From a virus (Duplodnaviria; Caudoviricetes), in the IMG/VR virus record IMGVR_UViG_3300049488_000015, positions 1-58,930 of that record: a DNA stretch of 58,930 nucleotides. One strand, given 5' to 3'. This document shows, piece by piece, positions 27,635 to 38,688 of the stretch. Both the position numbers and the translations under genes were made by a program. Numbering within the stretch: the stretch's first letter is position 1; each line of letters begins with the position of its first letter. Below the pieces are notes generated by a model. That model was not told the DNA's origin and searched no databases. It saw only the letters and a program-made list of their open reading frames with translations.

Positions 27635-29811
27635 TATAAACCTCCTAAGTAATTGCCAAGGTCATACCCGACCCCTGTTCGTTCTACATAAAAATCATGA
27701 GATTGATAACTGTCGATGCTTGCACGGACGGCTGTCAATTTAATTCGTTGAATGCTATTAGTTAGCCCTGCTGTATCTGTATTTTCTGTTGCCCATGTAT
27801 AAGGACTTGTGACCACATTGCTACGAATTAGCGTCGTCCCGTTCGATTGATAAATATCGCATCTGTAAGTGACGCCCGCTTCTGGGCCAATATTTGCTGC
27901 GGTATGGTCGACAATAGGTCTTACAAGCTGCTGTGTCCTATCACGACCAACCCAAGTTAAACTGAATGCTCCACTGACAACCGATGGGTAATAGACATTA
28001 TTCAGCTTAACTTGACCGGGTGCATACGGCTTCGTCTGACGACCAACCATAACAACCGAAGTATCTGTTGCAGATGCAAGTGCAAATACCCCACTTGAAG
28101 ACCTCATGCACATTCTAGCATAGATTGTGCCGCCGGAAGCCCATTCATAAGTATCAAAAGTCCTTGCAGACTCCGAGAATAAAAACAATGCACCTGCTGT
28201 ATGATCTTGCGGAACTGTATCTAAACAACCCCGAGCAATAGTAAGAGCTCCAGTTGTCAAATTAATAGCATCCAAACGAACAATTTCGTTATCGATATAA
28301 CAATACTGACCAACTTGTGCAATCTGTACAGAATTTGTAAATCCAGTCAGAGTTATTGCTGTATCAACTTTACCAATATTAGCAGAAAGAATTCCGTAAG
28401 GTGTAGCTTGAGCAACATCCCGTAATGTCTTTGATGTGCCTGCAACAGCACTTGTCCAAAGTTCATAACCTTGCGAATATTGCGCCATTTCTCCTGCATT
28501 GGCAATAAGGTACGCTGTTGTCGGCGTCATTGCAGTAAAGGACGTCGAAGTTAATATATCGTTCAATTCAAAATAGCTTGCTTCACGAGCATAGCGATAA
28601 GTATATTGAACTGGAGTAGCAATTGGATCCGTCCAGAGGTTTGTCTGGTTGCCCACATATGTCGTCGAAGGCAGGCCGAAAACATCTTCTGCACATTCGA
28701 CAATAATTTCGCCTGTTGTAAGACCACCTGCATTGATTGCCATCACACGGCAGATAATATCAACAAGACCGTGTTCTGCCCAAGAAAATTTAAAGCAGTC
28801 ACCAAGGGACAAAGCCCAACCAGTTTTATTGACCTTGATCTTAATACGAGCAAGCGGAGTGCTCTTTTGACGGAGGTCGCGCATAGCCAAGCGAGCTGCA
28901 TTTGCTGCGGTATCGATTCCGGGGTATGTTGCAGAATGGGATACAATACCACCTTGCGCTTGAATAGAAGCAAGATCTTGAACTGTAACCGTATCGTCAG
29001 AAATACCACCTTGAGGGCGATAGCTCAATACAACTTCATTGACAATTTCGCTGTATGTGGGACGGTCAAAGGACTCCAGCGTAACCACATTGGATTCGTT
29101 ATAAACAGGCAGCGAAGCAACAACGTAGTCATCGCGAAGAAGCTTGACGGCAAACTTTCCTGTAGAAGGTTCAATAAAGAACATGCCGTTGCAATGCCCC
29201 AAGACTTCGTAGATAAACTTTTCAATACTGTCTTGGTTACTAATCATCATTGACACGCCAAGACCTTCTGTGAAGCAGGTATCAGCAGCAGAGCGGAACT
29301 TTGTATCGTTCAACAAAGCAGGGTCAATGCCCATACCCCAATCTTTGTTTGTCAATGTTTCATATATAACATGGATAGGATTTGCGCTGCCGTTAATTTC
29401 TGCTTTCGCAGCGTACCAAGTTCTCGCAGGGATTCGTTTAATTTTGATAGCCCACGGCTTCGGATAGGGCGACATAGCACAGACATAGCATTGCTTCAAG
29501 ACAAGAGAAACAACACCACGAAATGCCGGAATCAGTGTTTGAATTTTGCTTTGCAGATAGGCATTTTTAGCCTGTGTAAGCTCGCCCATAAGAACTTGAA
29601 CGGTTCCAGAAATACCACCTTCTTTTTTGGCACCGCCGAATAATTCAGGAGCAGCAATTGTAATATCGCCTGAAGCAGTTACGTTCCCACTCCAAGCTTC
29701 CCGGTCGCCTACAATAATCTTTTGAATACTATCAACAGGGCCATGGCAGATTACCAAGTGCATCCCTAAGAAGTATTTAAATCCGATTACCTGCTTCTTC
29801 TTGCTGCCCAT
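27634..29811 (-). CDS. central tail/host-specificity protein
   Basis: YFLGMHLVICHGPVD, PAFRGV, NPIHVIYETLTN, RGCLDT motifs; position in tail module. Confidence 0.85.
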   Translation of the reverse strand: MGSKKKQVIGFKYFLGMHLVICHGPVDSIQKIIVGDREAWSGNVTASGDITIAAPELFGGAKKEGGISGTVQVLMGELTQAKNAYLQSKIQTLIPAFRGVVSLVLKQCYVCAMSPYPKPWAIKIKRIPARTWYAAKAEINGSANPIHVIYETLTNKDWGMGIDPALLNDTKFRSAADTCFTEGLGVSMMISNQDSIEKFIYEVLGHCNGMFFIEPSTGKFAVKLLRDDYVVASLPVYNESNVVTLESFDRPTYSEIVNEVVLSYRPQGGISDDTVTVQDLASIQAQGGIVSHSATYPGIDTAANAARLAMRDLRQKSTPLARIKIKVNKTGWALSLGDCFKFSWAEHGLVDIICRVMAINAGGLTTGEIIVECAEDVFGLPSTTYVGNQTNLWTDPIATPVQYTYRYAREASYFELNDILTSTSFTAMTPTTAYLIANAGEMAQYSQGYELWTSAVAGTSKTLRDVAQATPYGILSANIGKVDTAITLTGFTNSVQIAQVGQYCYIDNEIVRLDAINLTTGALTIARGCLDTVPQDHTAGALFLFSESARTFDTYEWASGGTIYARMCMRSSSGVFALASATDTSVVMVGRQTKPYAPGQVKLNNVYYPSVVSGAFSLTWVGRDRTQQLVRPIVDHTAANIGPEAGVTYRCDIYQSNGTTLIRSNVVTSPYTWATENTDTAGLTNSIQRIKLTAVRASIDSYQSHDFYVERTGVGYDLGNYLGGL

Positions 29812-29983
29812 AAGCGGCCTCTATCATTTTTGTGACCATGTGGTCATCTATTTTAGCTAATTCGGATTCCTCAATACCATTCTGGAGGAACGCATCCCAA
29901 TCTAATTCATGGCGTTCTGCAAAAGCTCGCATTCCGCTTGAGCAATAACCCATCTGCCAACCATGTTCAACTCGAATTATCAT
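29777..29983 (-). CDS. tail assembly protein
   Basis: YCSSGMRAFAERHELDWDAFLQNGI. Confidence 0.75.
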   Translation of the reverse strand: MIIRVEHGWQMGYCSSGMRAFAERHELDWDAFLQNGIEESELAKIDDHMVTKMIEAAYGQQEEAGNRI

Positions 29984-29984
29984 T

Positions 29985-30209
29985 TTAGTCAGACATCACA
30001 GCTTCGGAACGCAGATCGCCATACCAAACGACATTCGGTGCTTTGACCACATATGTCCCAAACACAACAGGAATCGGGCGTCCGGGTTCGGCAGTAGGCA
30101 TATCGAAATCTTCAAGCAATGCAGCCTTAGCTGCTGGAGGCTTCGGAGCCAAGACAACAGCTAGAATGAGCGCAACAACAAAGATAATGATGTAGGCAAT
30201 CCATTCCAT
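29985..30209 (-). CDS. small tail assembly/virion protein
   Basis: Hydrophobic N-terminus; PTAEPGRPIPVVFGT...PNVVWYGD. Confidence 0.75.
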   Translation of the reverse strand: MEWIAYIIIFVVALILAVVLAPKPPAAKAALLEDFDMPTAEPGRPIPVVFGTYVVKAPNVVWYGDLRSEAVMSD

Positions 30210-30217
30210 GATAATTC

Positions 30218-31027
30218 CTAAAAGATCAAAGAACCGCCAAGTGGGTTCTTTGATGGGTAAAAAGGTTGGCCACCGTAATTGTCATCGTTTGCAAATTTGG
30301 AATTGCAGGTTGTGAGCAAGTGATCGCATCCAGGATATACCGTAATTGTTTGCCCGACAAGGATTCCATTATATGGAAGATTAAGAGTAATTGTGCTTCC
30401 AGTATGGTCTGTGATAAAACGGCGTTCAATTGCAAGGTTATTCGACCAATCTGTGAAACCGCCTGCAAAGTAACCAGCAGCTCGGGCGCCGATTGCAACA
30501 GCCGTTAATGTCTTGCCTGAGACTGCGGTAATGATTGCAGTATTGGCAAAACTAAGCGAGGTTAAAGAACATTGCTGACCGTACAAAACGTGAGGACAGG
30601 TTGTTTGATACCGACGGCGAAGGATTGGACGCTTCAATGCAGTAAAGATAGGCTCGCAACGAATTTCTGCTTCACGCTCTTTGAATTTAACATTGACAAT
30701 CCGACCAACCCAGATAGTCAAAACTTCTGTGTCACTTTCGTGATACCTTTTAATTGTTAAGTTAATTGGATCGGAAGGGGGTGCTCCCTTAAACTGAGCA
30801 AGAAAATCAACATCCTTGTCCATACTGATGCTAATTGGGTTACGCGACATTTCTTGAGTTTGCTCAAGACCTCCACGTTCCGCAATAATCGATTTATATG
30901 TAAAAGCGCCAATTACTTTATCTTCATCGGCTGTTGTGTAACGCCAGATAATAACCCCTCTTGAAAATTCATAAATTTCAATTGGGTGGCCAAGATAAGA
31001 AGAAGTTTCATAAGCTGTATATGTCAT
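30218..31027 (-). CDS. BR0599/DUF2163-family tail protein (Fe-S, gpL-like)
   Basis: CPHVLYGQQC; GCDHLLTTCNSKFANDDNYGGQPF. Confidence 0.85.
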   Translation of the reverse strand: MTYTAYETSSYLGHPIEIYEFSRGVIIWRYTTADEDKVIGAFTYKSIIAERGGLEQTQEMSRNPISISMDKDVDFLAQFKGAPPSDPINLTIKRYHESDTEVLTIWVGRIVNVKFKEREAEIRCEPIFTALKRPILRRRYQTTCPHVLYGQQCSLTSLSFANTAIITAVSGKTLTAVAIGARAAGYFAGGFTDWSNNLAIERRFITDHTGSTITLNLPYNGILVGQTITVYPGCDHLLTTCNSKFANDDNYGGQPFYPSKNPLGGSLIF

Positions 31028-32676
31028 GGTGTAATCTCAATCACAGGAATATCCGCAGTCACAACACGATTAGATAACCAATTCAGATCAACCTTATCTG
31101 TATCAAGCCTACGAAGACTTAAATAAGAAATTCTACGAATTGTTGAAGGAGCAATATTAGCTAAAGCTGTATCCAATTGAAGATTTGTCTGCAAAGCATC
31201 TTGTTGCGCAGCAGATGTAATTGTTCGTGTTAGAAATGTCCCATCCGTGAAGAAAATGCAGATGTGCTTTCTTGCTGACGAAAACGTAAGATAGTTATCA
31301 TCATAAATCAAAATACTGGTACTAATCAGCGTAGTTTGACTTACACGAAAATCGTCCTCAAATGAAGGAATCCAAAATGGTTTTTGACGCCCACCTCGCC
31401 TGTGTAACCATTTCCGGAATATATTGATTTCACTCATACCTTGAAGAATATATTTCAATGTACGTTTTTTCTTTGTGTATTTCCAAGGTGAGAACTGAGT
31501 AAAAGAACCCGTATCAAAATCAACACTATCAATTCTTGTGGAATACGGATCTTCCAAAACATCGCCAAGTAATGTTTCGTCTGTATAAAGGTCTTCACCT
31601 AAAAATTGTGTCGGAGCAGTACCTGAACCAAAACTCAAATTATCAGTAAAACTAAATCCAATGTTAATGGACATATCATGCCCAAACAATTTCTTTGTCG
31701 GGACACCTGTTACCATACCAATTCGAGCAGGCATAACCCATGCAGAGCTATAACCAGAAGTTAAGGGAAGCCTCAATGTAATCGCGCCCGCAGCAACAGA
31801 AATTACTTCTACGGTAATATTTTTATCATTTGATTCGTAGATATATGCAAGGCTGTTTGCACGAAAATCTGTTTTTGTTGTGTCGATTGTTATTGAAGTT
31901 GCATTAGCAGCAATGTTTCCAACAGATTGAGCTTCTGTCCAAAGAGGTACTGCCCAACGACGGGACAACCATGTATAAATTGAATTTTCAATCTTGGGCA
32001 TATCCTTAACATGAATAGGATAGTTCGCCTTAATACCTTGACGAGGATGCTTACGAAGGCGAATACGCTGTTCAGTTCCGTCGTTTGCTGTGACCACAGT
32101 AGTATTCCATTGAAGCTGCTCTTGTGCAGGAGCTTCGAACGGTTGAGTGAATGTAATAATCCGCGAACCTGTGATATCTAACTCGCCGTAATTTGCACCT
32201 GCCCAGTTGAAACCATATGTCGCATTAATATCCGGTGCGCCATTAAGGCTCACCGTTAATGTCATAATCTTACTTTCCATCCGAACAAATGTAGATGGAA
32301 CAGAAATGCCTGAAGTTGAGAATCCAGTAGTCCCGCTTTGCGAGATTGTGGTCAATGTCTTGTTTGTAAGATAAGCATTCCAAATTTCAACAGTCCGAAC
32401 TTGATCGCTAGTCAAATTTCCTAGTACAATTGTCGAAGGGACAGTATGAATTCGATTGTAATAATCTTCATAATAACACTGAAGCACTTTCCCGCTTTTA
32501 ACATAGATTGTCTGACTAACAGGAAGATTATTTACAAGAGGATCGGAAAGCCATACAGGTTTAGCTTCAGAAGCTATAAAATTTAAGAACGCAAAATTAT
32601 CTAGGTCGTCTGAGATTTGATCCCATTGAAACCCATATAAGCAAGGAGCAATATTACGTCCAGAAATAACAGCCAT
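31024..32676 (-). CDS. minor tail protein (distal tail-like)
   Basis: GTEQRIRLRKHPR; FRKWLHRRGGRQKPFWIPS; position. Confidence 0.75.
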   Translation of the reverse strand: MAVISGRNIAPCLYGFQWDQISDDLDNFAFLNFIASEAKPVWLSDPLVNNLPVSQTIYVKSGKVLQCYYEDYYNRIHTVPSTIVLGNLTSDQVRTVEIWNAYLTNKTLTTISQSGTTGFSTSGISVPSTFVRMESKIMTLTVSLNGAPDINATYGFNWAGANYGELDITGSRIITFTQPFEAPAQEQLQWNTTVVTANDGTEQRIRLRKHPRQGIKANYPIHVKDMPKIENSIYTWLSRRWAVPLWTEAQSVGNIAANATSITIDTTKTDFRANSLAYIYESNDKNITVEVISVAAGAITLRLPLTSGYSSAWVMPARIGMVTGVPTKKLFGHDMSINIGFSFTDNLSFGSGTAPTQFLGEDLYTDETLLGDVLEDPYSTRIDSVDFDTGSFTQFSPWKYTKKKRTLKYILQGMSEINIFRKWLHRRGGRQKPFWIPSFEDDFRVSQTTLISTSILIYDDNYLTFSSARKHICIFFTDGTFLTRTITSAAQQDALQTNLQLDTALANIAPSTIRRISYLSLRRLDTDKVDLNWLSNRVVTADIPVIEITP

Positions 32677-32678
32677 GA

Positions 32679-33629
32679 TTAAGGCTCGTACTTAATAGCC
32701 CAACCAAACGTTCCAGAATGGTTGGTTACTACTGTACATGAACGATTTGTCATATCTTTTCTAAAAGTCGGATAGACTTTCCATTGGTCAGCACCAAGAG
32801 TAATAATTTGGCCAGGGTCATAATTATCAATTCTCAAAAACCTTGCATATGCAAGGTCTAAAACAAGCGATAGTTTTGAACTTGGCCTTGTTTTATATGC
32901 ACGAATTGGCAATAGAACAGATTCACTATTATAAGCATTAGGCTGACAATTCAAAAGGTTTGTCAAATAGCTAATACCAATCCCATTATCATTACCACCT
33001 GCAGACAAAATCCAACGTTGTGCGTCAAGATTTGTATCAACAAACGAATTACAAAACTGAGGGCTAATTGCATAAGGGGTCATACCTTGAAACCAAAACG
33101 GCGAATAACAAACCGTTCCAGCAGAACTTGAGAACATCCCACTTCCGCTTATATTATTATTATTATACGCAGAATAAGAAGTACCAAACATTCCAGCTTC
33201 ATTGGCATTACAAGTTCCACTGATATATAAACCGCTTCCTGGAATTCCGGGTACGTTTGATTTTCCAAACGTACAAAACTGATACTTTATAGCATCATGA
33301 TTAACAATCAAATAAATTTCTTCTGCAAAAACATGGCAATGATAAGTTGCAGGGAATGTAATATCGTTTTGAAGATCCGCAGTCTGGCCACCTGTAACAC
33401 CACTTCCACTTCGACCGATAGCTACTGCATACGGACAAGGATCTGTCAGCAATGCTGTCCTCATAAGAAAATGGACTTTAGTTGCTGTTGTCTGGATTCG
33501 GACATACATTGGGGCTTTGTAGAGGACTTCGTTTCCAGAATCCCAAGTCCATCCATTTGCAGTAAGGGCTGCAATTAAAGCTGTTCGAATATCTGCGTAG
33601 CTGGATACAGATCCTGTGTAATAGGCCAT
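32679..33629 (-). CDS. virion structural tail protein
   Basis: MAYYTGS start; downstream of the tape measure gene. Confidence 0.7.
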   Translation of the reverse strand: MAYYTGSVSSYADIRTALIAALTANGWTWDSGNEVLYKAPMYVRIQTTATKVHFLMRTALLTDPCPYAVAIGRSGSGVTGGQTADLQNDITFPATYHCHVFAEEIYLIVNHDAIKYQFCTFGKSNVPGIPGSGLYISGTCNANEAGMFGTSYSAYNNNNISGSGMFSSSAGTVCYSPFWFQGMTPYAISPQFCNSFVDTNLDAQRWILSAGGNDNGIGISYLTNLLNCQPNAYNSESVLLPIRAYKTRPSSKLSLVLDLAYARFLRIDNYDPGQIITLGADQWKVYPTFRKDMTNRSCTVVTNHSGTFGWAIKYEP

Positions 33630-34462
33630 TATTCTATCCTCAAAGCGTAGTAATCACCATGGCCAGTTCGCCAAGTGTCTTGAATAACCACATATGTTAT
33701 TCCGCTAATCACAAGCGTATTTTCTGTTGCATTATTAAAGCCTGTGATATGATAAATACCATCTAAGCGGCCATAAAGATCGGTTGCTGTAAATAGCTCA
33801 ACTGGAAATAGTTGGTATTCGTTATTTGTATCCCGAATTTGTGTTGTAACAACAAGATTTGAATCATATGGATAAGTATAGGGACTCACCCAAGCACTAT
33901 TATTTCGGAGAGCTGCTCTTGTACCAAGACCACCACGAACATAAAAGTAATGGGCAGTATCGCTGAAACGTGTTGCCGCAGCCCCAGCAAAGGATCCACC
34001 TACAAAGACAGGATAAGGATACTGAGTCGGACGAGCATAAGGAACAAATTTGCCTGCATAGAAAGATTCATATACAGGCGTACCGACTTTCATTGTACAG
34101 GCAATTCGTTGAGCATTAACACAAAGCCAATAATCAATACGAGCATTGTGAGCAGGAACTCCTACAAGATAAAAGCCTGGCTGAGTTTCAAAGCTATTAC
34201 CTGCCGTATAACCTGTAAAAGTGCCAACTTGAATATTATAATAGTCTGCGCCAACATCAAGATAGGTCTTAAAACCGATATAAATATTTTCAAGACCTGT
34301 AAGACCTACACCAAGAAGGATGATTTCCCTTGTATTTGAAGTTGAGACATCGCGTAACGTGCTCCAACCATTTGCAAGGGCAAGTGTCTTAATGCGATCA
34401 ACCATCTTGCAATGAGCAAGAACAGTATCCGCATTATCTACATAAGAAATTTCATACGCCAT
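33629..34462 (-). CDS. virion structural tail protein
   Basis: Directly follows the tape measure gene; YARPTQYPYP..GG. Confidence 0.7.
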   Translation of the reverse strand: MAYEISYVDNADTVLAHCKMVDRIKTLALANGWSTLRDVSTSNTREIILLGVGLTGLENIYIGFKTYLDVGADYYNIQVGTFTGYTAGNSFETQPGFYLVGVPAHNARIDYWLCVNAQRIACTMKVGTPVYESFYAGKFVPYARPTQYPYPVFVGGSFAGAAATRFSDTAHYFYVRGGLGTRAALRNNSAWVSPYTYPYDSNLVVTTQIRDTNNEYQLFPVELFTATDLYGRLDGIYHITGFNNATENTLVISGITYVVIQDTWRTGHGDYYALRIE

Positions 34463-34469
34463 ATCAGCC

Positions 34470-37400
34470 TCAGTTATTAATCACGTTACGGACTGCGCCG
34501 GAGTTACGTTGGAGGGTATTCAGTAGAACTCTTTCACCTTCAGCACTCGACATATAATCATGGAGGAGGTTAGGATCTACAACGTTAATTACTTTAACAG
34601 AAGGTTGGCTAGAATTTCCACCTTGCCCGTTTTGATTCTTACGGTTAGCTTCATCACCCTTACGAACCTGAGTTGGGGTGCTAACTGCCACACGCTCGCC
34701 AGGGGAAGCACGGAACGAAACCATTTGACTATCTACTCCACCCGAGCCTCCCACAGTAAAGCCGCCGCCTGTTGCAAATGCAGACTGGCTACGAATCTTA
34801 TCTACGTTCGCCATACCTGCTGCAATAGCTGCCGCTGCGGCTGCTGCACCAAGAGCCGGGCCAACATAGGGGATGCTAGACATAGAAGCATAAGCACCTG
34901 TTGCAGACTTGTATGTATCAATAACAGCTTGTGTGATTGCCGCAGCCTTACCGATTGCGGACAATTGCTTGTTCTTGCTTGTTGCCAACACAGCCATTTG
35001 ACCAAAGAACTTCTGCTGGTTCGATGTACGGATGTCAAACTCTTTCATTTGAGTTTGTGTGGTCAATACATCAAATGTTTGCTGGTCAATAGCATTCTGT
35101 TCCTTCATTGTCTTCAACTGTGCATACATCAAAGACACTTGGTTCAGTTGTGCATCAATTGCAGTTTGTGTTGCACTTGTATCAAAGCCCATCGACTTGA
35201 GCATGGAATCCGCAGCTTGTGCTGTATCACCTTGCGCCCAATCCGGACTCTGTTGTGCTTGCTTCAAACCAGCTACAGACGTATTCGTATCTGTAAGCTT
35301 CTGGGAATTGCTACTTGCAAGGAACTGATCACGAGCAGCAGTTTCTTTGTTCAACTGAATTTGTGCAGTAACCTTCTTCCGAAGTTCTTCTGTCTGTGCA
35401 GCATCCAGCAAGACACCCTTGCTCAGAAGTTCATTACGGAATTGGATAAACTTGTTTTCGGTTTCACGAGCAGTTGGCAGGAGTTGTGCAAGGCGCACTT
35501 CTTCCGCCATCTTAGAATCAACCTTCAACAGCTCGTTTGCTTGGAGTTGTTGTCCCAACTGAACAGCAACATCATATTCTTGCTTGAAAATTGCCAGTTG
35601 GTCAGCACGACCCTTAATCCCCTTTTCCTTCAGGTCTGCTGTGCTCATTGCCTCAAGTTCAGCAGTTTTCTGTTGAATCTCAAAAGCCTTTTGGAAGCCT
35701 TCGTTCAGCTTGTATTGTGCTTCACCTGTCATAGAGATAGTTGCATATTCCTTTTCAGCAACAAGCAATTGAGCCTGCAACTTGGCAAGAGCACTTTCAT
35801 CTTTACCAAGACGACCAGACGGGCCTTTACTCTTATCTTCTTTGCCAGGCGGGTTCCATACGCCTGTGCCAACAGGGTTTGTTTCAACCTTGGGAATTTC
35901 AATCTTTGCAGGCTTGAGAGCAAGGTTTTGAGCCTTCTCCATTTCATTAACAAGTTCTTGTTGAAGCTGGACAGCTTTGTATGCCTCATCAACATGCTTG
36001 CGGTCAAGACCAATTGTACGGTTACGCAAATCGTAAATTTCTTGGAGCTTGTCCAGTTCAGCACGTTCTTTGCCCAATTCGCCACCACCGTACTTGGCTT
36101 GTTCCTTCAAAGACTTGAGCTTTTCTTCAGCAGTCTTGATTGCCTTGCCGGAAGCAGTTTCAGAATTACGACCCCACAAGAGCCAGGCTGCGGCACCGGC
36201 TGTGAGCAAACCTAGGATAATAGCCAAAGGTCCGCCAAGCATTGCAAGCAAGGGGGCTAAGGTACTGGCTCCACGAGCAACAGGCCCCATGGCACCGCTC
36301 GCGGCAAGCATACCGCCAGCAAGGTTCATTGCAGCCGCGCCCGTGCTTACAAGCATACTTGCAATACCGGCCCCAACTTGTGCAGCCTTAAGAACGAGCC
36401 AAGCTTTCGCAAGGTCATAAATAAGCGGAGCGAGCTCAAGGAATGTTTGACCAGCACTGATTGTTACAGCAATGATTGTATCCAAAGCAGACTTAAATTC
36501 ATCACTCTGGAAGATACCTTTAAGCGTAGTCGAGAACGTAACGAACTCAGGTTCCATCCGCTTAAAGGAAGAAGCAAGTTCAACTTCCAATGTGTTAAGT
36601 GCAGCTTTCCATTCATTCTTTGCAGTAGCATTCAATTCATCTGCAACACTCTTAGCAAACCCTTTAGATTTTTCCGCAATACGTGAATAGAAGTCATCCC
36701 ATTGCTTTTCGGTAAGGTCAAGCATGGCAACCATTTCTTTAGAGCCGCGTTCGCCTCCCAAGAAGCCTTTCAGCTTAACTTGCGAAGGTTCGTCCAGCTT
36801 GTTCATCTTGGTACGGAGTTCGTTAATAATATCAACAAAGCTCTTGACCTTTTGAACTTCTTTACCGTCAGGGCCCTTAACAGCTTCTTGCATTTTAATA
36901 CCAAGCTGTTCCCAGACCTTTGTCACTTCTTTTGTAGGAGTATAAAGTTCTTTGAGCATATTGCGGTATGCTGTACCAGCTGAAGTCCCGGTCACATTGA
37001 CCTTGGCCAGCAAGGCAAGAGCTGCCATTGTTTGATCGACGTTCTGCTTGTATTGTGTGCCCACAGTAGAACCATACTTCATCGACTGTGTAAGGTCTTG
37101 GACGCTTGCTTGCGAAGCTGCCGCAGCCTTGGCAAACAGATCCGCAATATGTGCAGACTGATCAAATCCAAGCTTGAAAGCATTTAGTGTGCCTACAAGT
37201 GCAATACCAGCTGACTCCATATCAAGCTCGCCCACAGTAGCAAGGTTGAGGACGTTAGGCATAGCAGCAAGGGATTCTTTTGCATCCAGGCCAGCTTGGG
37301 CAAGAATACGATAACCGCTTGCAATTTGTGTCGGTCCAAAGGCACCTTTGACAGCAAGTTGGTTTGCTTGTTCGTTCAATTTAGAAATAGCATCAGCACT

Positions 37401-38687
37401 TTCGTTACCGAGAGACTTAACAAACTGAAGTTGGTATGCCATTTCGGAACCGGACTTTGCAGCTCCAACAAATGCAGAGCCCAATGCTGCACCTGTGAGC
37501 AAAGGTAAAATAGAACCATAAGTCATCCACAGCGTACCGAGCGAACCTGACAAACCTCGTGCAACAGCATGGCCGTCACTACCAACTTGATTCCAGAGAC
37601 GTTGATTGTCCGTAGCTGTCCGAGTAGAACTACTTAACTTGTCGTGTGTGCTCGCAAGATTTGATTTTGCAGTGACGTTTTGCTTGACCACATCAATACT
37701 TGCTGTATTCAGCGAAAGTTCCTTTTCAATCATTGGAGCCAACAAAGAATACATTGCCATTTGACGCTGCATAGCTTGCGTTTCCGCAGTTTGCAAAGCT
37801 GTCTTTTGACCGAGTTTCTTTGTTGTATCGTCCGCAGCATACAAAGCAGATTGCGGGTTCGGGCCTTTAATCAAAGACCGATCCAGTCGTTCTGCATTAA
37901 CTGTCTGCATTCCAGAACGTTGTGTTGCTGTACGAAGATTGGATGCACTATTAGCAGCATCGCGTTTCTTCATTTCAGCCGCCCACCATGCTGTATAACC
38001 TTCTTCTGCTGCCTTGCGAGCATTAATCGCAGACATTGCACTTTGGAGGCGCTTTTCGTTTGAAACTACTTCCGCTGCTTCAAGAACAGACAAATTCTTT
38101 GCAGCAGATGCAATAAAAGCAGCATCTTGCTTGTCGCGTTTATCCAGTTCCTTTGTCCAGAACGCACTGTAACTTTGTTCAAGTTCCTGTCGCTTGACAA
38201 TTGTGGTCATTGCAGTCTTTAACCGCCGAGCATACGACTGGTTTTCAATCTGCTCCTGTGCAGCCATATCCTTTGCAATTGCTTGGATTAATTCAGCACT
38301 TGCCTTTTCTTGATTGCGGTAGTATTCGTTCAACGCATCCATACCAATCGGGCTGGAGGTCATTGCTTCCATTTGAGATTTCAGGGATGCAGCAGAAGCC
38401 TTTGCCTCGCGCGAAACCATCTCAAAATGCTTCATCAGAGTATTACGGTATTGGGTAAGGTTCCGACCCATCCGATCAACCATTGTGCTGTTGAAAGAAT
38501 CAATCTCTTGAACCATGCCGCGAAGACGCTGCAACGATGTACCGCTCTTGGCAGTATCGTCCAGCGTTTTATTCATACCCTTTACGGACTTATCGACTTG
38601 TTCAGCCTTTGCTGCCAAGCTATCCATGCTTCTGGAAACAGCTCGCGATCCATCTTCGCGAATCCGGATATCAATATTTTCGCTCAT
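34470..38687 (-). CDS. tail tape measure protein
   Basis: About 1405 aa, Ala-rich helical, TP901-like core (LAQAGL, GTSAGTAYRNM); C-terminal FATGG; start at MSENID. Confidence 0.92.
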   Translation of the reverse strand: MSENIDIRIREDGSRAVSRSMDSLAAKAEQVDKSVKGMNKTLDDTAKSGTSLQRLRGMVQEIDSFNSTMVDRMGRNLTQYRNTLMKHFEMVSREAKASAASLKSQMEAMTSSPIGMDALNEYYRNQEKASAELIQAIAKDMAAQEQIENQSYARRLKTAMTTIVKRQELEQSYSAFWTKELDKRDKQDAAFIASAAKNLSVLEAAEVVSNEKRLQSAMSAINARKAAEEGYTAWWAAEMKKRDAANSASNLRTATQRSGMQTVNAERLDRSLIKGPNPQSALYAADDTTKKLGQKTALQTAETQAMQRQMAMYSLLAPMIEKELSLNTASIDVVKQNVTAKSNLASTHDKLSSSTRTATDNQRLWNQVGSDGHAVARGLSGSLGTLWMTYGSILPLLTGAALGSAFVGAAKSGSEMAYQLQFVKSLGNESADAISKLNEQANQLAVKGAFGPTQIASGYRILAQAGLDAKESLAAMPNVLNLATVGELDMESAGIALVGTLNAFKLGFDQSAHIADLFAKAAAASQASVQDLTQSMKYGSTVGTQYKQNVDQTMAALALLAKVNVTGTSAGTAYRNMLKELYTPTKEVTKVWEQLGIKMQEAVKGPDGKEVQKVKSFVDIINELRTKMNKLDEPSQVKLKGFLGGERGSKEMVAMLDLTEKQWDDFYSRIAEKSKGFAKSVADELNATAKNEWKAALNTLEVELASSFKRMEPEFVTFSTTLKGIFQSDEFKSALDTIIAVTISAGQTFLELAPLIYDLAKAWLVLKAAQVGAGIASMLVSTGAAAMNLAGGMLAASGAMGPVARGASTLAPLLAMLGGPLAIILGLLTAGAAAWLLWGRNSETASGKAIKTAEEKLKSLKEQAKYGGGELGKERAELDKLQEIYDLRNRTIGLDRKHVDEAYKAVQLQQELVNEMEKAQNLALKPAKIEIPKVETNPVGTGVWNPPGKEDKSKGPSGRLGKDESALAKLQAQLLVAEKEYATISMTGEAQYKLNEGFQKAFEIQQKTAELEAMSTADLKEKGIKGRADQLAIFKQEYDVAVQLGQQLQANELLKVDSKMAEEVRLAQLLPTARETENKFIQFRNELLSKGVLLDAAQTEELRKKVTAQIQLNKETAARDQFLASSNSQKLTDTNTSVAGLKQAQQSPDWAQGDTAQAADSMLKSMGFDTSATQTAIDAQLNQVSLMYAQLKTMKEQNAIDQQTFDVLTTQTQMKEFDIRTSNQQKFFGQMAVLATSKNKQLSAIGKAAAITQAVIDTYKSATGAYASMSSIPYVGPALGAAAAAAAIAAGMANVDKIRSQSAFATGGGFTVGGSGGVDSQMVSFRASPGERVAVSTPTQVRKGDEANRKNQNGQGGNSSQPSVKVINVVDPNLLHDYMSSAEGERVLLNTLQRNSGAVRNVINN

Positions 38688-38688
38688 C

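Noticed and set aside
34560-36215. 551-aa + strand ORF
   Set aside because: Antisense to the tape measure gene; Leu/Cys/Phe-rich composition typical of reverse-frame artefacts
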